Shown piece by piece: positions 22,105 to 31,890 of a stretch of DNA of 64,000 nt (position 1 is its first letter; each line of letters starts with the position of its first letter). Below the pieces are notes generated by a model, which saw nothing but the letters and a program-made list of their open reading frames with translations, did not search any database and was not told where the DNA came from. This DNA comes from Escherichia phage vB_Eco_NR1. Location: the sequence record LR990704, one strand, 5' to 3'. The translations under genes and the position numbers were made by a program.

Positions 22105-25100
22105 ATGGCTACTTTAAAACAAATACAATTTAAAAGAAGCAAAACCGCAGGTGCACGTCCTGCTGCTTCAGTATTAGCCGAAGGTGAATTGGCTATAAAC
22201 TTAAAAGATAGAACACTTTTTACTAAAGATGATTCAGGAAATATCATTGATTTAAGCATTTCCACTGGCGGTAATATCAGTGGAAATATCACTCAAACTG
22301 GAGATTATTTACAGAACGGTACATATAATCTCAATGGAAATCAGTTTGTTTATGCAGGAAAATATATTGAATTTTTACCTAAAACTGCAGGTAATGGCGC
22401 TTGGGCAAATCAACACCTAAATAAAGCCCCTATTTTTACAGATTTAAGTTCAACTACTTCTACTTCAGAATACCATCCGCTAATTAAACAGCGTTATAAA
22501 GATGGGACTTTTTCTGTTGGTACGCTAGTAAACGAAGGAAGTTTTAAAATTCATTATATCAATGAATCGGGAACTTCAAAATACTGGACATTTCGTAGAG
22601 ATGGTGGATTTGTTGTTGATACAGGAAGTTTGACAGTAACAGATGGAAATATTTCTGCTTCTGGTAATATTAATTCGGCTACTGGGGTAGTTTCTGCGCC
22701 ACGTGTCAACACAAAAAATATTAACATAAGCACGAAAACCTTTATCCCGAATAATGACGCGGGTTATGACATTGTTTCTTTACCTACCTGGGTTTATAAC
22801 CCACCGGCCGATGGTTCCGACAATACTACAAATGGATTGAACTATTTGCGTAAATTACGTGCATCAAGCGCATCAAGTATTTTCCATGAAATTGTTGATT
22901 GTCGAAAAGGTAAGCCGCAAGAAATTTCTTGGTGGACTGGTGTAGGACCTTCGTCTTTCCAGTGGGCGTTTGATACCTCTGGACGTATTACTGCAGGTAA
23001 ATCTATTTCTGTAGGTCTTCCTGATAGTGGTACAAATGGTCGTTATCCTTTAGATTCTGCAATTTCTATTGGTATTGCGATTGGCGATAACGATACCGGT
23101 ATTAAATGGGTCCGCGATGGCGTTTATGACCTGATGGCTAACGGTATTTCATCTGCTACCATTTTGAATAATGGTATTAATAGTACTAAAAAATTGATGG
23201 TTGGTTATAGTCGAGATTCCGGTTCTACTTGGGATTTCCCAAATAATAACCAAGCAATGTTTACTGCGCGTACCGATGTTGATGGTAATAATAACGGCGA
23301 TGGACAGACTCATATCGGATATAGCAGCAATGCTAAGATGTATCACTATTTCCGTGGTACAGGTCGTATGTCCGTTAGTATGGGTGATGGGCTTCTTGTT
23401 GAGCCTGGCATTTTAGATATTAAAACCGGTTCTAATAGCGTTGCTATTAGAGCAGACGGAACAATTAACTCCACCCAGCGTATTTCTATGCGTACGGGCT
23501 TGTTTTTAAATGGTGATGATAATACTAATGCTTTATCGTTTAAAGCTCCTTCCGGTGTAGATGGTACCAAAACCATTAACTGGGATGCAGGTACTCGTAA
23601 TGGTCAGAATAAAAATACCGTAACCATTAAAGCATGGGGTAATTCATTTAACGCTGAAAAGGGTAATAGAGAAACTGTATTCGAAGTTTCAGATTCACAA
23701 GGTTATTATTTCTACGCTCAACGTACTAATCCTGCGTCAGGTCAAACAGTAGGTCCGGTTAACTTTAAATTTAACGGAACTGTCGAAACAGGCCATATCA
23801 TAGGCCTTGGTAATATAAGTGCCTCCGGTACAGGTTCTTTTGGTGGCAATGTTACTATGTCTAACGGTTTGTTTGTCCAAGGTGGTTCTTCTATTACAGG
23901 CCAAGTAAAAATTGGTGGAACAGCTGACGCATTAAGAATTTGGAATGCTGAATACGGCGCAATTTTCCGTCGTTCTGAAAGTAACTTTTATATTATTCCA
24001 ACTCTTAAAGATGCTGGAGAATCAGGTGGTATAAGTAATCTTAGACCATTGATAATAGAACTGAACACCGGCACAGTTAAAATGTCGCATGATGTTCATT
24101 TAGGAGATTCTGGATCTGGTACAGGATTATTACAAGTAAGTAATAGTCTTAAAACTATTAAAATGATATGTCCAGTAACTATTAATGAACGTAATGCAGC
24201 GCTTACTCTAGATTCTCCTTCATCTTCTTCTGCTAATTATTTACAAGGTTCTAAAGCTGGAATTAGATCGTGGTATGTTGGTCTTGGTGGCGCTGGAAGT
24301 GATTTATCGCTTTATAGTCAATCATATGGACACGGTCTTGTTATAAGCGATAATTTCGTGTCAATCAGTAAACCTCTTAAAGTCGGAAATGCCCAACTAG
24401 GAACTGACGGTAATATTACCAACGGTTCTGGTAATTTTGCTAACTTAAACACCACGCTAAATCGTAAAGTTAATTCTGGATTTATTACTTATGGAGCAAC
24501 TGCTGGATGGTATAAGTTTGCAACAGTAACAATGCCACAATCCACTTCTACGGTCTTCTTTAAAATAGCCGGTGGTTCTGGATTTAATAGTGGATTATTC
24601 ACACAATGCAATATTGCTGAAATTGTTTTACGTACTAGTAATGAAAGACCTGCTGACTTAAATGCTGTATTATACACAAGAACAATTGCAGCTGCATTTA
24701 AAAATATTGCAGTTAATAACGTCTCTGGAGATACATATGACATTTATGTTTATGCCGGAACATATTGCAATCAATTAACTTGTGAATGGTCATGTACCGA
24801 AAATGCTACTGTTAGCGTTATTGGTATTAACTCATCTACCCAATCACCTGTGGATGCTCTTCCAGATACAGCAGTTGATGGGCAAGTTGCTAATGTTCTT
24901 AATAACTTGGTTGATCGCGGCAAAGTTAAGCGTTATGAAGCCGATTCTGAAATAGCTATTAATAACCAAACTGGTATTCGTATTAGAAGCAACAGCGATA
25001 AAACTGGTTCTGTTGCTACAATGCTACGAAATGATGGCAGTAGTTTTTATATTCTGTTTACAGATAAAAATGCCACCGATGGCGAAGCAACTGTTAACGG

Positions 25101-25905
25101 TGATTGGAATAGTAAGCGTCCTTTCGCAATTAACTTAACAACAGGCGAAGTATTAATGAATAACGGCATAGCTGTTCGCAGTGCTGCTTTATTCTATAAT
25201 AGCATAAATGTCAAAGATAATGGTTCTATTAACTTTGATAAGTCTGGTGCTAACCCAAGAAATATGAGAATATTTCATGCTGGCGATGCTTCTCGTGGTA
25301 ACCGTATTGAAATTGCCGATGAAACTAACTATATTGCTTACTTTGAAAAAGCTCCAGGTGGAGCTAACCGCTTTGTAGTAAATAATGCTACTGTAGCTGG
25401 TGTTAACCAAATGAATTCATTTGGTATTAATATCAATAACGCACTTGGTGGAAATAGTATAGCATTTGGTGATAGCGATACTGGTATTAAGCAAAATGGC
25501 GATGGATTATTAGACATATATGCGAACAGCGTACAAGTATTCCGTTTCCAAAACGGTGATTTGTACTCATATAAAAATATAAATGCTCCAAACGTTTATA
25601 TTCGTTCTGATATTCGCTTAAAATCTAATTTCAAACCTATCGAAAATGCACTTGATAAAGTTGAAAAACTCAATGGTGTCATTTATGATAAAGCTGAATA
25701 CATCGGTGGAGAGGCAATTGAAACTGAAGCGGGTATTGTAGCTCAAACGTTACAAGACGTTTTACCAGAAGCCGTCCGTGAAACAGAAGACAGCAAGGGT
25801 AATAAAATACTCACTGTTTCTTCTCAAGCCCAGATTGCTCTTCTGGTTGAAGCTGTGAAAACGCTTTCTTCTCGTGTAAAAGAACTTGAATCTAAACTTA
25901 TGTAA
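22105..25905 (+). CDS. 37: long tail fibre distal subunit gp37 (T2-type, with C-terminal intramolecular chaperone-like domain)
   Basis: 1266 aa; N-terminus MATLKQIQFKRSKTAGARPA as in T4 gp37; C-terminal about 100 aa carry an S74-like motif SDIRLKSNFKPIENALDKVEKLNGVIYD. Confidence 0.95.
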   Translation: MATLKQIQFKRSKTAGARPAASVLAEGELAINLKDRTLFTKDDSGNIIDLSISTGGNISGNITQTGDYLQNGTYNLNGNQFVYAGKYIEFLPKTAGNGAWANQHLNKAPIFTDLSSTTSTSEYHPLIKQRYKDGTFSVGTLVNEGSFKIHYINESGTSKYWTFRRDGGFVVDTGSLTVTDGNISASGNINSATGVVSAPRVNTKNINISTKTFIPNNDAGYDIVSLPTWVYNPPADGSDNTTNGLNYLRKLRASSASSIFHEIVDCRKGKPQEISWWTGVGPSSFQWAFDTSGRITAGKSISVGLPDSGTNGRYPLDSAISIGIAIGDNDTGIKWVRDGVYDLMANGISSATILNNGINSTKKLMVGYSRDSGSTWDFPNNNQAMFTARTDVDGNNNGDGQTHIGYSSNAKMYHYFRGTGRMSVSMGDGLLVEPGILDIKTGSNSVAIRADGTINSTQRISMRTGLFLNGDDNTNALSFKAPSGVDGTKTINWDAGTRNGQNKNTVTIKAWGNSFNAEKGNRETVFEVSDSQGYYFYAQRTNPASGQTVGPVNFKFNGTVETGHIIGLGNISASGTGSFGGNVTMSNGLFVQGGSSITGQVKIGGTADALRIWNAEYGAIFRRSESNFYIIPTLKDAGESGGISNLRPLIIELNTGTVKMSHDVHLGDSGSGTGLLQVSNSLKTIKMICPVTINERNAALTLDSPSSSSANYLQGSKAGIRSWYVGLGGAGSDLSLYSQSYGHGLVISDNFVSISKPLKVGNAQLGTDGNITNGSGNFANLNTTLNRKVNSGFITYGATAGWYKFATVTMPQSTSTVFFKIAGGSGFNSGLFTQCNIAEIVLRTSNERPADLNAVLYTRTIAAAFKNIAVNNVSGDTYDIYVYAGTYCNQLTCEWSCTENATVSVIGINSSTQSPVDALPDTAVDGQVANVLNNLVDRGKVKRYEADSEIAINNQTGIRIRSNSDKTGSVATMLRNDGSSFYILFTDKNATDGEATVNGDWNSKRPFAINLTTGEVLMNNGIAVRSAALFYNSINVKDNGSINFDKSGANPRNMRIFHAGDASRGNRIEIADETNYIAYFEKAPGGANRFVVNNATVAGVNQMNSFGININNALGGNSIAFGDSDTGIKQNGDGLLDIYANSVQVFRFQNGDLYSYKNINAPNVYIRSDIRLKSNFKPIENALDKVEKLNGVIYDKAEYIGGEAIETEAGIVAQTLQDVLPEAVRETEDSKGNKILTVSSQAQIALLVEAVKTLSSRVKELESKLM

Positions 25906-25908
25906 AAG

Positions 25909-25926
25909 AGGGCTTCGGCCCTCTAA
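25909..25926 (+). other. stable UUCG-tetraloop hairpin between genes 37 and 38
   Basis: AGAGGGC-TTCG-GCCCTCT; no following U-run, so likely RNA structure or stability element rather than strong terminator. Confidence 0.5.
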
Positions 25927-25935
25927 GGATTTTTA

Positions 25936-26721
25936 ATGGCAATTGTAGGTGTTCCTGGCTGGATTGGTGAATCTGCCGTGAATGAAACTGGACAGCGTTG
26001 GATGGATGCTGCGATGAGAGCAGTTCGTGTTTCAGTTCCTGGTTGGATGAGCTCAATGGCTGGGCAATCTAAAGAAGTATATTATAGCATTGGTGCTAGC
26101 AATTCTTACAATAAAGACACACTAATAAATTGGATAAAAGCCCAAGGAAGTACTCCTGTTGTTATTACTATTACAGGAAATATCGTTTCTTCATCGACAG
26201 GTCAACCATGCTTAGATTTTCCTAGCTCATTAACTAATGCATACGTGACACTTAATATCAATTCAGGCGTGCATGTTTGGGGTCGCGGCGGGAATGGTGG
26301 AAATAACTCTGCTGGCGGAGCAGGAGGAACTGCAATAAATAACGGAATTGGAACTAGATTACGTATTAATAACAATGGTGTTATCGCAGGTGGCGGTGGC
26401 GGCGGTGGCGGCGGATACTACTCTCCTTTTTCACAAATGAGATTGACTTTTGGCGGTGGAGGTGGTCGTCCATTTGGTGCTGCTGGTGGGTCTGCTAATA
26501 TGGAACAGGGTGCTACTGCTGGTACTATTTCTGCGCCCGGTAAAGGGTCTGTCAATGGTATCTATAATGGCGGGAATGGTGGTGATGCCGGTGCCGCAGG
26601 AGGTAAATGTAATATTCGCGGTCAAGGATCAGAATATAACGGCGGCGCTGCTGGTAAAGCTGTTACTGGTAATGCTCCAACTTGGACTAAAGTTGGCACA
26701 ATATATGGTTCAAGAGTATAA
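25936..26721 (+). CDS. 38: receptor-recognising adhesin gp38 (T2-type, glycine-rich motifs)
   Basis: 261 aa with multiple poly-Gly motifs (GGGGGGGGGYYSPF, FGGGGGRPFGAAGG, GGNGGDAGAAGG); T2/T6-type rather than T4-type (183 aa). Confidence 0.92.
   Translation: MAIVGVPGWIGESAVNETGQRWMDAAMRAVRVSVPGWMSSMAGQSKEVYYSIGASNSYNKDTLINWIKAQGSTPVVITITGNIVSSSTGQPCLDFPSSLTNAYVTLNINSGVHVWGRGGNGGNNSAGGAGGTAINNGIGTRLRINNNGVIAGGGGGGGGGYYSPFSQMRLTFGGGGGRPFGAAGGSANMEQGATAGTISAPGKGSVNGIYNGGNGGDAGAAGGKCNIRGQGSEYNGGAAGKAVTGNAPTWTKVGTIYGSRV
26389..26415 (+). repeat. GGY codon tract encoding nine consecutive glycines in gp38 (glycine-rich motif)
   Basis: ggtggcggtggcggcggtggcggcgga. Confidence 0.8.
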
Positions 26722-26753
26722 TTTTTGAATAAATATCCTTAAAAGGAGGGTCT

Positions 26754-27410
26754 ATGGCAGCACCTAGAATATCATTTTCGCCCTCTGATATTCTATTTGG
26801 TGTTCTAGATCGCTTGTTCAAAGATAACGCTACCGGGAAAGTTCTTGCTTCCCGGGTAGCTGTCGTAATTCTTTTATTTATGATGGCGATTGTTTGGTAT
26901 AGGGGAGATAGTTTCTTTGAGTACTATAAGCAATCAAAGTATGAAACATACAGTGAAATTATTGAAAAGGAAAGAAATGCACGCTTTGAATCTGTCGCCC
27001 TGGAACAACTCCAGATAGTTCATATATCATCTGAGGCAGACTTTAGTGCGGTGTATTCTTTCCGCCCTAAAAACTTAAACTATTTTGTTGATATTATAGC
27101 ATACGAAGGAAGATTACCTTCAACAATAACTGAAAAATCACTTGGAGGATATCCTGTTGATAAAACTATGGATGAATATATAGTTCATTTAAATGGACGT
27201 CATTATTATTCTGACTCAAAATTTGCTTTTTTACCAACTAAAAAGCCTACTCCCGAAATAAACTACATGTACAGTTGTCCATATTTTAATTTGGATAATA
27301 TCTATGCTGGAACGATAACCATGTACTGGTATAGAAATGATCATATAAGTAATGACCGCCTTGAATCAATATGCGCTCAGGCGGCCAGAATATTAGGAAG
27401 GGCTAAATAA
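26754..27410 (+). CDS. t: holin T
   Basis: 218 aa; single TM segment near N-terminus, large periplasmic domain; matches recalled T4 holin; SD AAGGAGGG. Confidence 0.95.
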   Translation: MAAPRISFSPSDILFGVLDRLFKDNATGKVLASRVAVVILLFMMAIVWYRGDSFFEYYKQSKYETYSEIIEKERNARFESVALEQLQIVHISSEADFSAVYSFRPKNLNYFVDIIAYEGRLPSTITEKSLGGYPVDKTMDEYIVHLNGRHYYSDSKFAFLPTKKPTPEINYMYSCPYFNLDNIYAGTITMYWYRNDHISNDRLESICAQAARILGRAK

Positions 27411-27683
27411 TTATTTGTTCGTATACATCTCTAGATATCGATATACACCCTCAAAACCCTCGTTGAATTCGTCGATGAGGGTTTTCTTATCTTCTTGAGT
27501 TAATTCAGAAACAATTTTACGGAATGAATTCTGATTTAATTTTCTACCTTCATGCGTTACTCCAATCTCATTCAGAAATGCAATAAAATTAGCACGATTC
27601 TCAACAATATCTTCTCTGGAAAATTTAATCAAAATAGACGCAACAGTAATAATTTCACGAACTGTATCAATATTTTTATTCAT
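27411..27683 (-). CDS. asiA: anti-sigma-70 factor AsiA
   Basis: 90 aa; matches recalled T4 AsiA. Confidence 0.97.
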   Translation of the reverse strand: MNKNIDTVREIITVASILIKFSREDIVENRANFIAFLNEIGVTHEGRKLNQNSFRKIVSELTQEDKKTLIDEFNEGFEGVYRYLEMYTNK

Positions 27684-27844
27684 TAACTATACCACTCAAT
27701 TAGTTGACTTTGTTATAATATCATCAGACGCTTGATTTGTAAACTGGTCTGTGTTATTTTCTTCAAAAATTTTTTCTACGAATTCCTTGAACGACTTACG
27801 TTCCTGAGCTACATTATGCTCGATTACCTTTTCAAGATTATGAC

Positions 27845-28123
27845 TCATTCGAAATAATCTTCAATTTCATAATCATGGACATAAATCATTATAGTTTTTA
27901 ATACATCATCGATACTTTTTCCTGGAGCTGGAATTACGTAAAAATATCCTGCTTTTGAGAGGTCTTTATAAGTTCCAATCAAGAAATCATTATTCTCGAG
28001 ATGTAGTTCTTCAACTAATTCATTAACAATTGAGTGGTATAAATTTGGTAGAAACTTATATAGCTTTTCTAGAATATCAATTTTGATTGTGTATTGAACC
28101 ACGGATTGAGAATCAATAATCAT
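27845..28123 (-). CDS. arn: anti-restriction nuclease Arn (McrBC inhibitor)
   Basis: 92 aa, acidic; size and position as T4 Arn. Confidence 0.85.
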   Translation of the reverse strand: MIIDSQSVVQYTIKIDILEKLYKFLPNLYHSIVNELVEELHLENNDFLIGTYKDLSKAGYFYVIPAPGKSIDDVLKTIMIYVHDYEIEDYFE

Positions 28124-28206
28124 AGACCTTCCCCTTATGTTTCTGTTTGCGATTAGATTCTTTAAACGCTTTCTTCTTATCCTTATGGACAGAAGCTTTA
28201 TTAAAA

Positions 28207-28425
28207 TTATGTTTTGCGACTAAATTGTTCATAGTGCTGAATTACCTCTCTTAAACACTTGCATGTGAATGAAAACTTTTTAGCTACACCACATTCAAAT
28301 ATATGTTCTCTTAAATCGCGTGTATCAGTATATCCCATCTCAACAATAAAATGCCGTATTAGATTTTTATCTTTATCATTGAGAGAATTAAAATAATCAG
28401 ATTTTGAATTAATTTCCCTGGCCAA
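28207..28425 (-). CDS. hypothetical protein (72 aa)
   Basis: ORF track; arn-motA interval small ORF. Confidence 0.55.
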   Translation of the reverse strand: MAREINSKSDYFNSLNDKDKNLIRHFIVEMGYTDTRDLREHIFECGVAKKFSFTCKCLREVIQHYEQFSRKT

Positions 28426-28705
28426 ATTGAATCACCTTCAGTTGACGTTTTAACTCTTTTATCATCTCTTCGTTCATCGCAATATAAAGATCGCGTAGAG
28501 CAGGTTTTAGCATTCCATTTACCGGAGAACTAAATGGGCATACATAATCTTTTCCTACAAGCTTTTTGGTGAATTCCATATTACAGAACTTAAATCCCGG
28601 CTCATTGGTATAAATTCCCCAATTAGTTGACATCATTTTATTAGCATATTCCAGCGCCTGGATTTGATTCATAATTCCATCAATTTGAAACTTTTTAATA
28701 TTCAT
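28409..28705 (-). CDS. hypothetical protein (98 aa)
   Basis: ORF track. Confidence 0.6.
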   Translation of the reverse strand: MNIKKFQIDGIMNQIQALEYANKMMSTNWGIYTNEPGFKFCNMEFTKKLVGKDYVCPFSSPVNGMLKPALRDLYIAMNEEMIKELKRQLKVIQFGQGN

Positions 28706-29166
28706 TAGTAAAGGTCCTCAGAGTAAAGCTCTTTTTCATTACCACCACGTTCAATACGTACTTGTCCAGCGTAAGTTGCAATAATCATTGCTTCTTCACG
28801 CGTCCAATAATTACTATATTGATCAATAAACCCTTGGTCATCATCACAAACTTGTTGAGTAACTAATTGAGGTTTAACTACATCTAAAACTTCTGCCATA
28901 TCTTTAGAATAATGACGAGCACCTGGAATAATAAGAGTTCGTCCATCTTTTAATTTAAAACGATTAGCTGCACAGACAATTCGTCGTTGATACTTTTGGT
29001 TTTCATCCCAATACACAGTCTGCCAACAGATTTCAGGAACTTCATCTAAAACATTTTGTTCTGTATATTCACCACCGTAAGAAGCTAATTTAGCAGCCAG
29101 ACTTTCCGGAGTCTCACGAGATAAAGCTTTATCTAACAGAGCTAAACGTTCTTTAAAAGTTTTCAT
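28705..29166 (-). CDS. hypothetical protein (153 aa)
   Basis: ORF track; stop/start overlap with neighbours. Confidence 0.65.
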   Translation of the reverse strand: MKTFKERLALLDKALSRETPESLAAKLASYGGEYTEQNVLDEVPEICWQTVYWDENQKYQRRIVCAANRFKLKDGRTLIIPGARHYSKDMAEVLDVVKPQLVTQQVCDDDQGFIDQYSNYWTREEAMIIATYAGQVRIERGGNEKELYSEDLY

Positions 29167-29492
29167 TTAAACCATCCTTTAATACGTTGCCACAAAGTTT
29201 TCTGTTGAGCTTTGTTAACACCAATTGAACGAATAACCGGTTGAGATTCCTGGAATTCTTTATAATCGGCAAGGTAAATTTCGTAAGCTGCATCTGTAAA
29301 GGAACTTATCGCTGCCATGAAATTATTGCGAATACCTACTGGAGCATCTTTACTTTCACGAATAATCATGTATTTACCAGTCTTAATCTTTACGATAGTT
29401 CCAAGATAAGCTCCGTGGTACCAGATGTCCCAACCCTCTTGAGTAGGTTCTGCACAACGACGAAGTTCATTAACAATTTCTAACTTGTTCAT
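29163..29492 (-). CDS. hypothetical protein (109 aa)
   Basis: ORF track; ATGA-type overlap with downstream ORF. Confidence 0.65.
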   Translation of the reverse strand: MNKLEIVNELRRCAEPTQEGWDIWYHGAYLGTIVKIKTGKYMIIRESKDAPVGIRNNFMAAISSFTDAAYEIYLADYKEFQESQPVIRSIGVNKAQQKTLWQRIKGWFK

Positions 29493-29502
29493 TATTTATT
29501 CC

Positions 29503-30138
29503 TCACAGTTCAGATGCTACAGTGATTACTGCTTCAATGTTTTCTACCGAGCGTTTAATGTCAAGATACACATTACCGTTTTTAGCGATTTTACATGACA
29601 TTCCGATGTCAGTAAATTTCTGAATATGATGTTCCATCATTTTGTATCCAAAAATTCGCATGTTTCCATTGTTGTTAATTTCAAAATTACGAATTCCGTG
29701 AGTGCGTTTTTCTAAAATGGCAAGATAATTACTACGATAAGTTTCAACCTTTTTAAGAACAAATCCATTTTCATCTAAAAGTTTTAACATGAGGTCTTTA
29801 TCTTCTTCCATATCGGAAGTAATCTCGCGAGCTTTACGAGTTGCTCGTTTTTTCAGTAGTTCCGGAGCATTTTCCTGTGCATATAAAGTTGCTGCATTTG
29901 AAATAATATCCTGAGCTTCACCAGTAATGATTAATCCATCACCAGATTTCTCCACCAGGCCTTTTTTAATCAATACCCCAATATTACTATTAACTACTGC
30001 GTTACCTAAATCTGGATGCACCTCACGAACTTCTGCAGCTGTAATGAAATCTTTCTTAGCAATAGTAATTAAAATCGCAGCAGTTTTTTCATTCAGAACA
30101 TCGTTAGAAGCTTTGATGATGTAAGTTACTTTAGACAT
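29503..30138 (-). CDS. motA: middle-transcription activator MotA
   Basis: 211 aa as in T4 MotA; early promoter and terminator immediately upstream. Confidence 0.95.
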   Translation of the reverse strand: MSKVTYIIKASNDVLNEKTAAILITIAKKDFITAAEVREVHPDLGNAVVNSNIGVLIKKGLVEKSGDGLIITGEAQDIISNAATLYAQENAPELLKKRATRKAREITSDMEEDKDLMLKLLDENGFVLKKVETYRSNYLAILEKRTHGIRNFEINNNGNMRIFGYKMMEHHIQKFTDIGMSCKIAKNGNVYLDIKRSVENIEAVITVASEL

Positions 30139-30169
30139 TTTCTAATCTCCGTAATTCTGTATCAGTAGT

Positions 30170-30225
30170 TGATAGTTGTATAGTACCACAGTATGCTTTG
30201 GTTGTAAACCGTTTTGTGAAAAAAA
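30170..30225 (-). promoter_or_regulatory. early promoter for motA
   Basis: minus strand GTTTAC, 18-nt spacer ending in TGG, TACTAT, A-tract UP element; shares the conserved leader CAACTATCAACTACTGATACAG. Confidence 0.6.
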
Positions 30226-30235
30226 AAAAATTTTG

Positions 30236-30265
30236 AAATAAAAAAGGGAGAGCCTCGGCTCTCCC
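30236..30265 (-). terminator. rho-independent terminator downstream of 49-aa ORF/gene 52
   Basis: minus strand GGGAGAGCC-gag-GCUCUCCC then U-run. Confidence 0.75.
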
Positions 30266-30270
30266 TAAAA

Positions 30271-30420
30271 TTACTGCATGACTGTGATAACTGTCATGAT
30301 AACACGTTGAATGCCGAACGCAAGAAGACCTCCTGCTACGGCTGGAACAACACCTACCCCCGCTAGTAAAATGCTACCAGATACTAATGCAGCGCTTGTA
30401 ATACCAATGAATGGACTCAT
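30271..30420 (-). CDS. small hydrophobic protein (49 aa)
   Basis: manual translation MSPFIGITSAALVSGSILLAGVGVVPAVAGGLLAFGIQRVIMTVITVMQ; ATG overlaps gene 52 stop (ATGA); followed by a terminator. Confidence 0.55.
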   Translation of the reverse strand: MSPFIGITSAALVSGSILLAGVGVVPAVAGGLLAFGIQRVIMTVITVMQ

Positions 30421-31745
30421 TTGATTTCCTCTAAATCTTTGGTGTATTCGGTAACTACATCAGTAGTTTTCCAATATTCGTTTTCTTCTTTTTTAGCTTT
30501 AGCTTCTTCATCAAGTTTCTTTGCTTCATCGGAAGTCATATGAAAAATATTCATTCCAACTAGTTTATCAACATAAGAAGAATACATATCGATTTTCGAA
30601 AGTTCTTCGGTCAGTTCTTTACGAGTTTTACCCTGTACAACGATTTCACCTGAAATTACTTTCTTAATGAAATGTGCTTTGGCAAAGGCTAAACGAAAAG
30701 CTGACTCAGTTTCTTTAATTTTGTTATCAATTCGTTTTTGGACATAAGTTTTACGAACTTCAACAAAGTCTTTAATTAAATCAACTACGTTATCGTAAAC
30801 TTGTAGTTTTCCTTTCTCATTAATAACCGTAATATTCTGAGAACGACGCTCAATCAACCCGAAGTCTTTCATAATTTTTGCATGGCGTTCTTCTTCGTTA
30901 TCGCCCAAAGAGTATTCTTTGCGGAATTTAACTTTGAAGCCAAAACCGTGCTCACCGCAAGCATCATCCCATGTAATGAAGCCTTTATCTTCAAGTGGGT
31001 CTAAGATTTTACTCACGTAAGTTTCACGATCATACTTATATGGAATCTCAGTGATATGCATTTGAGTTCGTGAAGTAAACTTATATGTTCCACGAATTTC
31101 ATACTGCCCATCAATTTCAACGACTTCACCACGAAATTCTGGGAATTCTACCTTCGGTTTAGTTACTTTCTTTCCTTGAAGAGCTTGCAGTACAGCTTTC
31201 TTGACAGAAGAAACACTATGAGGAAGAATGTAAGTTGCATAACCAGTTGCAATACCGGAAACACCATTAAGAAGAACAGTAGGAATAATAGGCAAATAGA
31301 AAGCAGGCGGAATGTGTTCTTTATCTTGATGTACCGGAGCATATTCAGTATCTTTATATACGTTATAGAAATTTTTACTTACACGAGCAAAAATATAACG
31401 ACTAGCTGCTGCCTTTTGGACAGTACGAGAACCGAAGTTTCCTTGACCATCTAACAAAGGAAAGTTATTATTCCAAGTATTAGCCATCAAAGCCCCTGCA
31501 TCTTGTGCAGAGTTTTCACCATGGTGATATCCAAGGTCCGCTACACCACCTGCAATAGAAGCAAGTTTGTGAAACTTATCTTTATTTCCTCGTGCCAAAT
31601 CAAGAGCTCGAGCAATAACAAATCGTTGAACTGGCTTAAATCCATCAATCATATTTGGAATAGCACGATTTTCAACCGTGTACATAGCATAAGCCAATGC
31701 TTCATTATCAATGATACTTTTTAAATCGCGATTATTCAGTTGCAT
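30417..31745 (-). CDS. 52: DNA topoisomerase II medium subunit gp52 (GyrA-like)
   Basis: 442 aa as in T4 gp52; breakage-reunion domain with GFKPVQRF-containing N-terminus. Confidence 0.95.
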   Translation of the reverse strand: MQLNNRDLKSIIDNEALAYAMYTVENRAIPNMIDGFKPVQRFVIARALDLARGNKDKFHKLASIAGGVADLGYHHGENSAQDAGALMANTWNNNFPLLDGQGNFGSRTVQKAAASRYIFARVSKNFYNVYKDTEYAPVHQDKEHIPPAFYLPIIPTVLLNGVSGIATGYATYILPHSVSSVKKAVLQALQGKKVTKPKVEFPEFRGEVVEIDGQYEIRGTYKFTSRTQMHITEIPYKYDRETYVSKILDPLEDKGFITWDDACGEHGFGFKVKFRKEYSLGDNEEERHAKIMKDFGLIERRSQNITVINEKGKLQVYDNVVDLIKDFVEVRKTYVQKRIDNKIKETESAFRLAFAKAHFIKKVISGEIVVQGKTRKELTEELSKIDMYSSYVDKLVGMNIFHMTSDEAKKLDEEAKAKKEENEYWKTTDVVTEYTKDLEEIK

Positions 31746-31749
31746 AAAT

Positions 31750-31890
31750 TTACCATACTAGTGAATGTAGTGCCATAATAACATCAGAAATGAAAAGCAC
31801 GACTTGAATCAATCCGAACATTACTCCATAATATAGTGCTACTAATAAAGTAGCAAGGGCTAATGAATAGCCCAAGATTTTCTTAATCAT
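31750..31890 (-). CDS. small hydrophobic protein (46 aa)
   Basis: manual translation MIKKILGYSLALATLLVALYYGVMFGLIQVVLFISDVIMALHSLVW; start embedded in stop of upstream ORF (AATGATTAA). Confidence 0.45.
   Translation of the reverse strand: MIKKILGYSLALATLLVALYYGVMFGLIQVVLFISDVIMALHSLVW

Noticed and set aside
26728-26753. Late promoter for gene t (TAAATATC)
   Set aside because: Does not match the strict TATAAATA late consensus; t may be transcribed by read-through from upstream late promoters.
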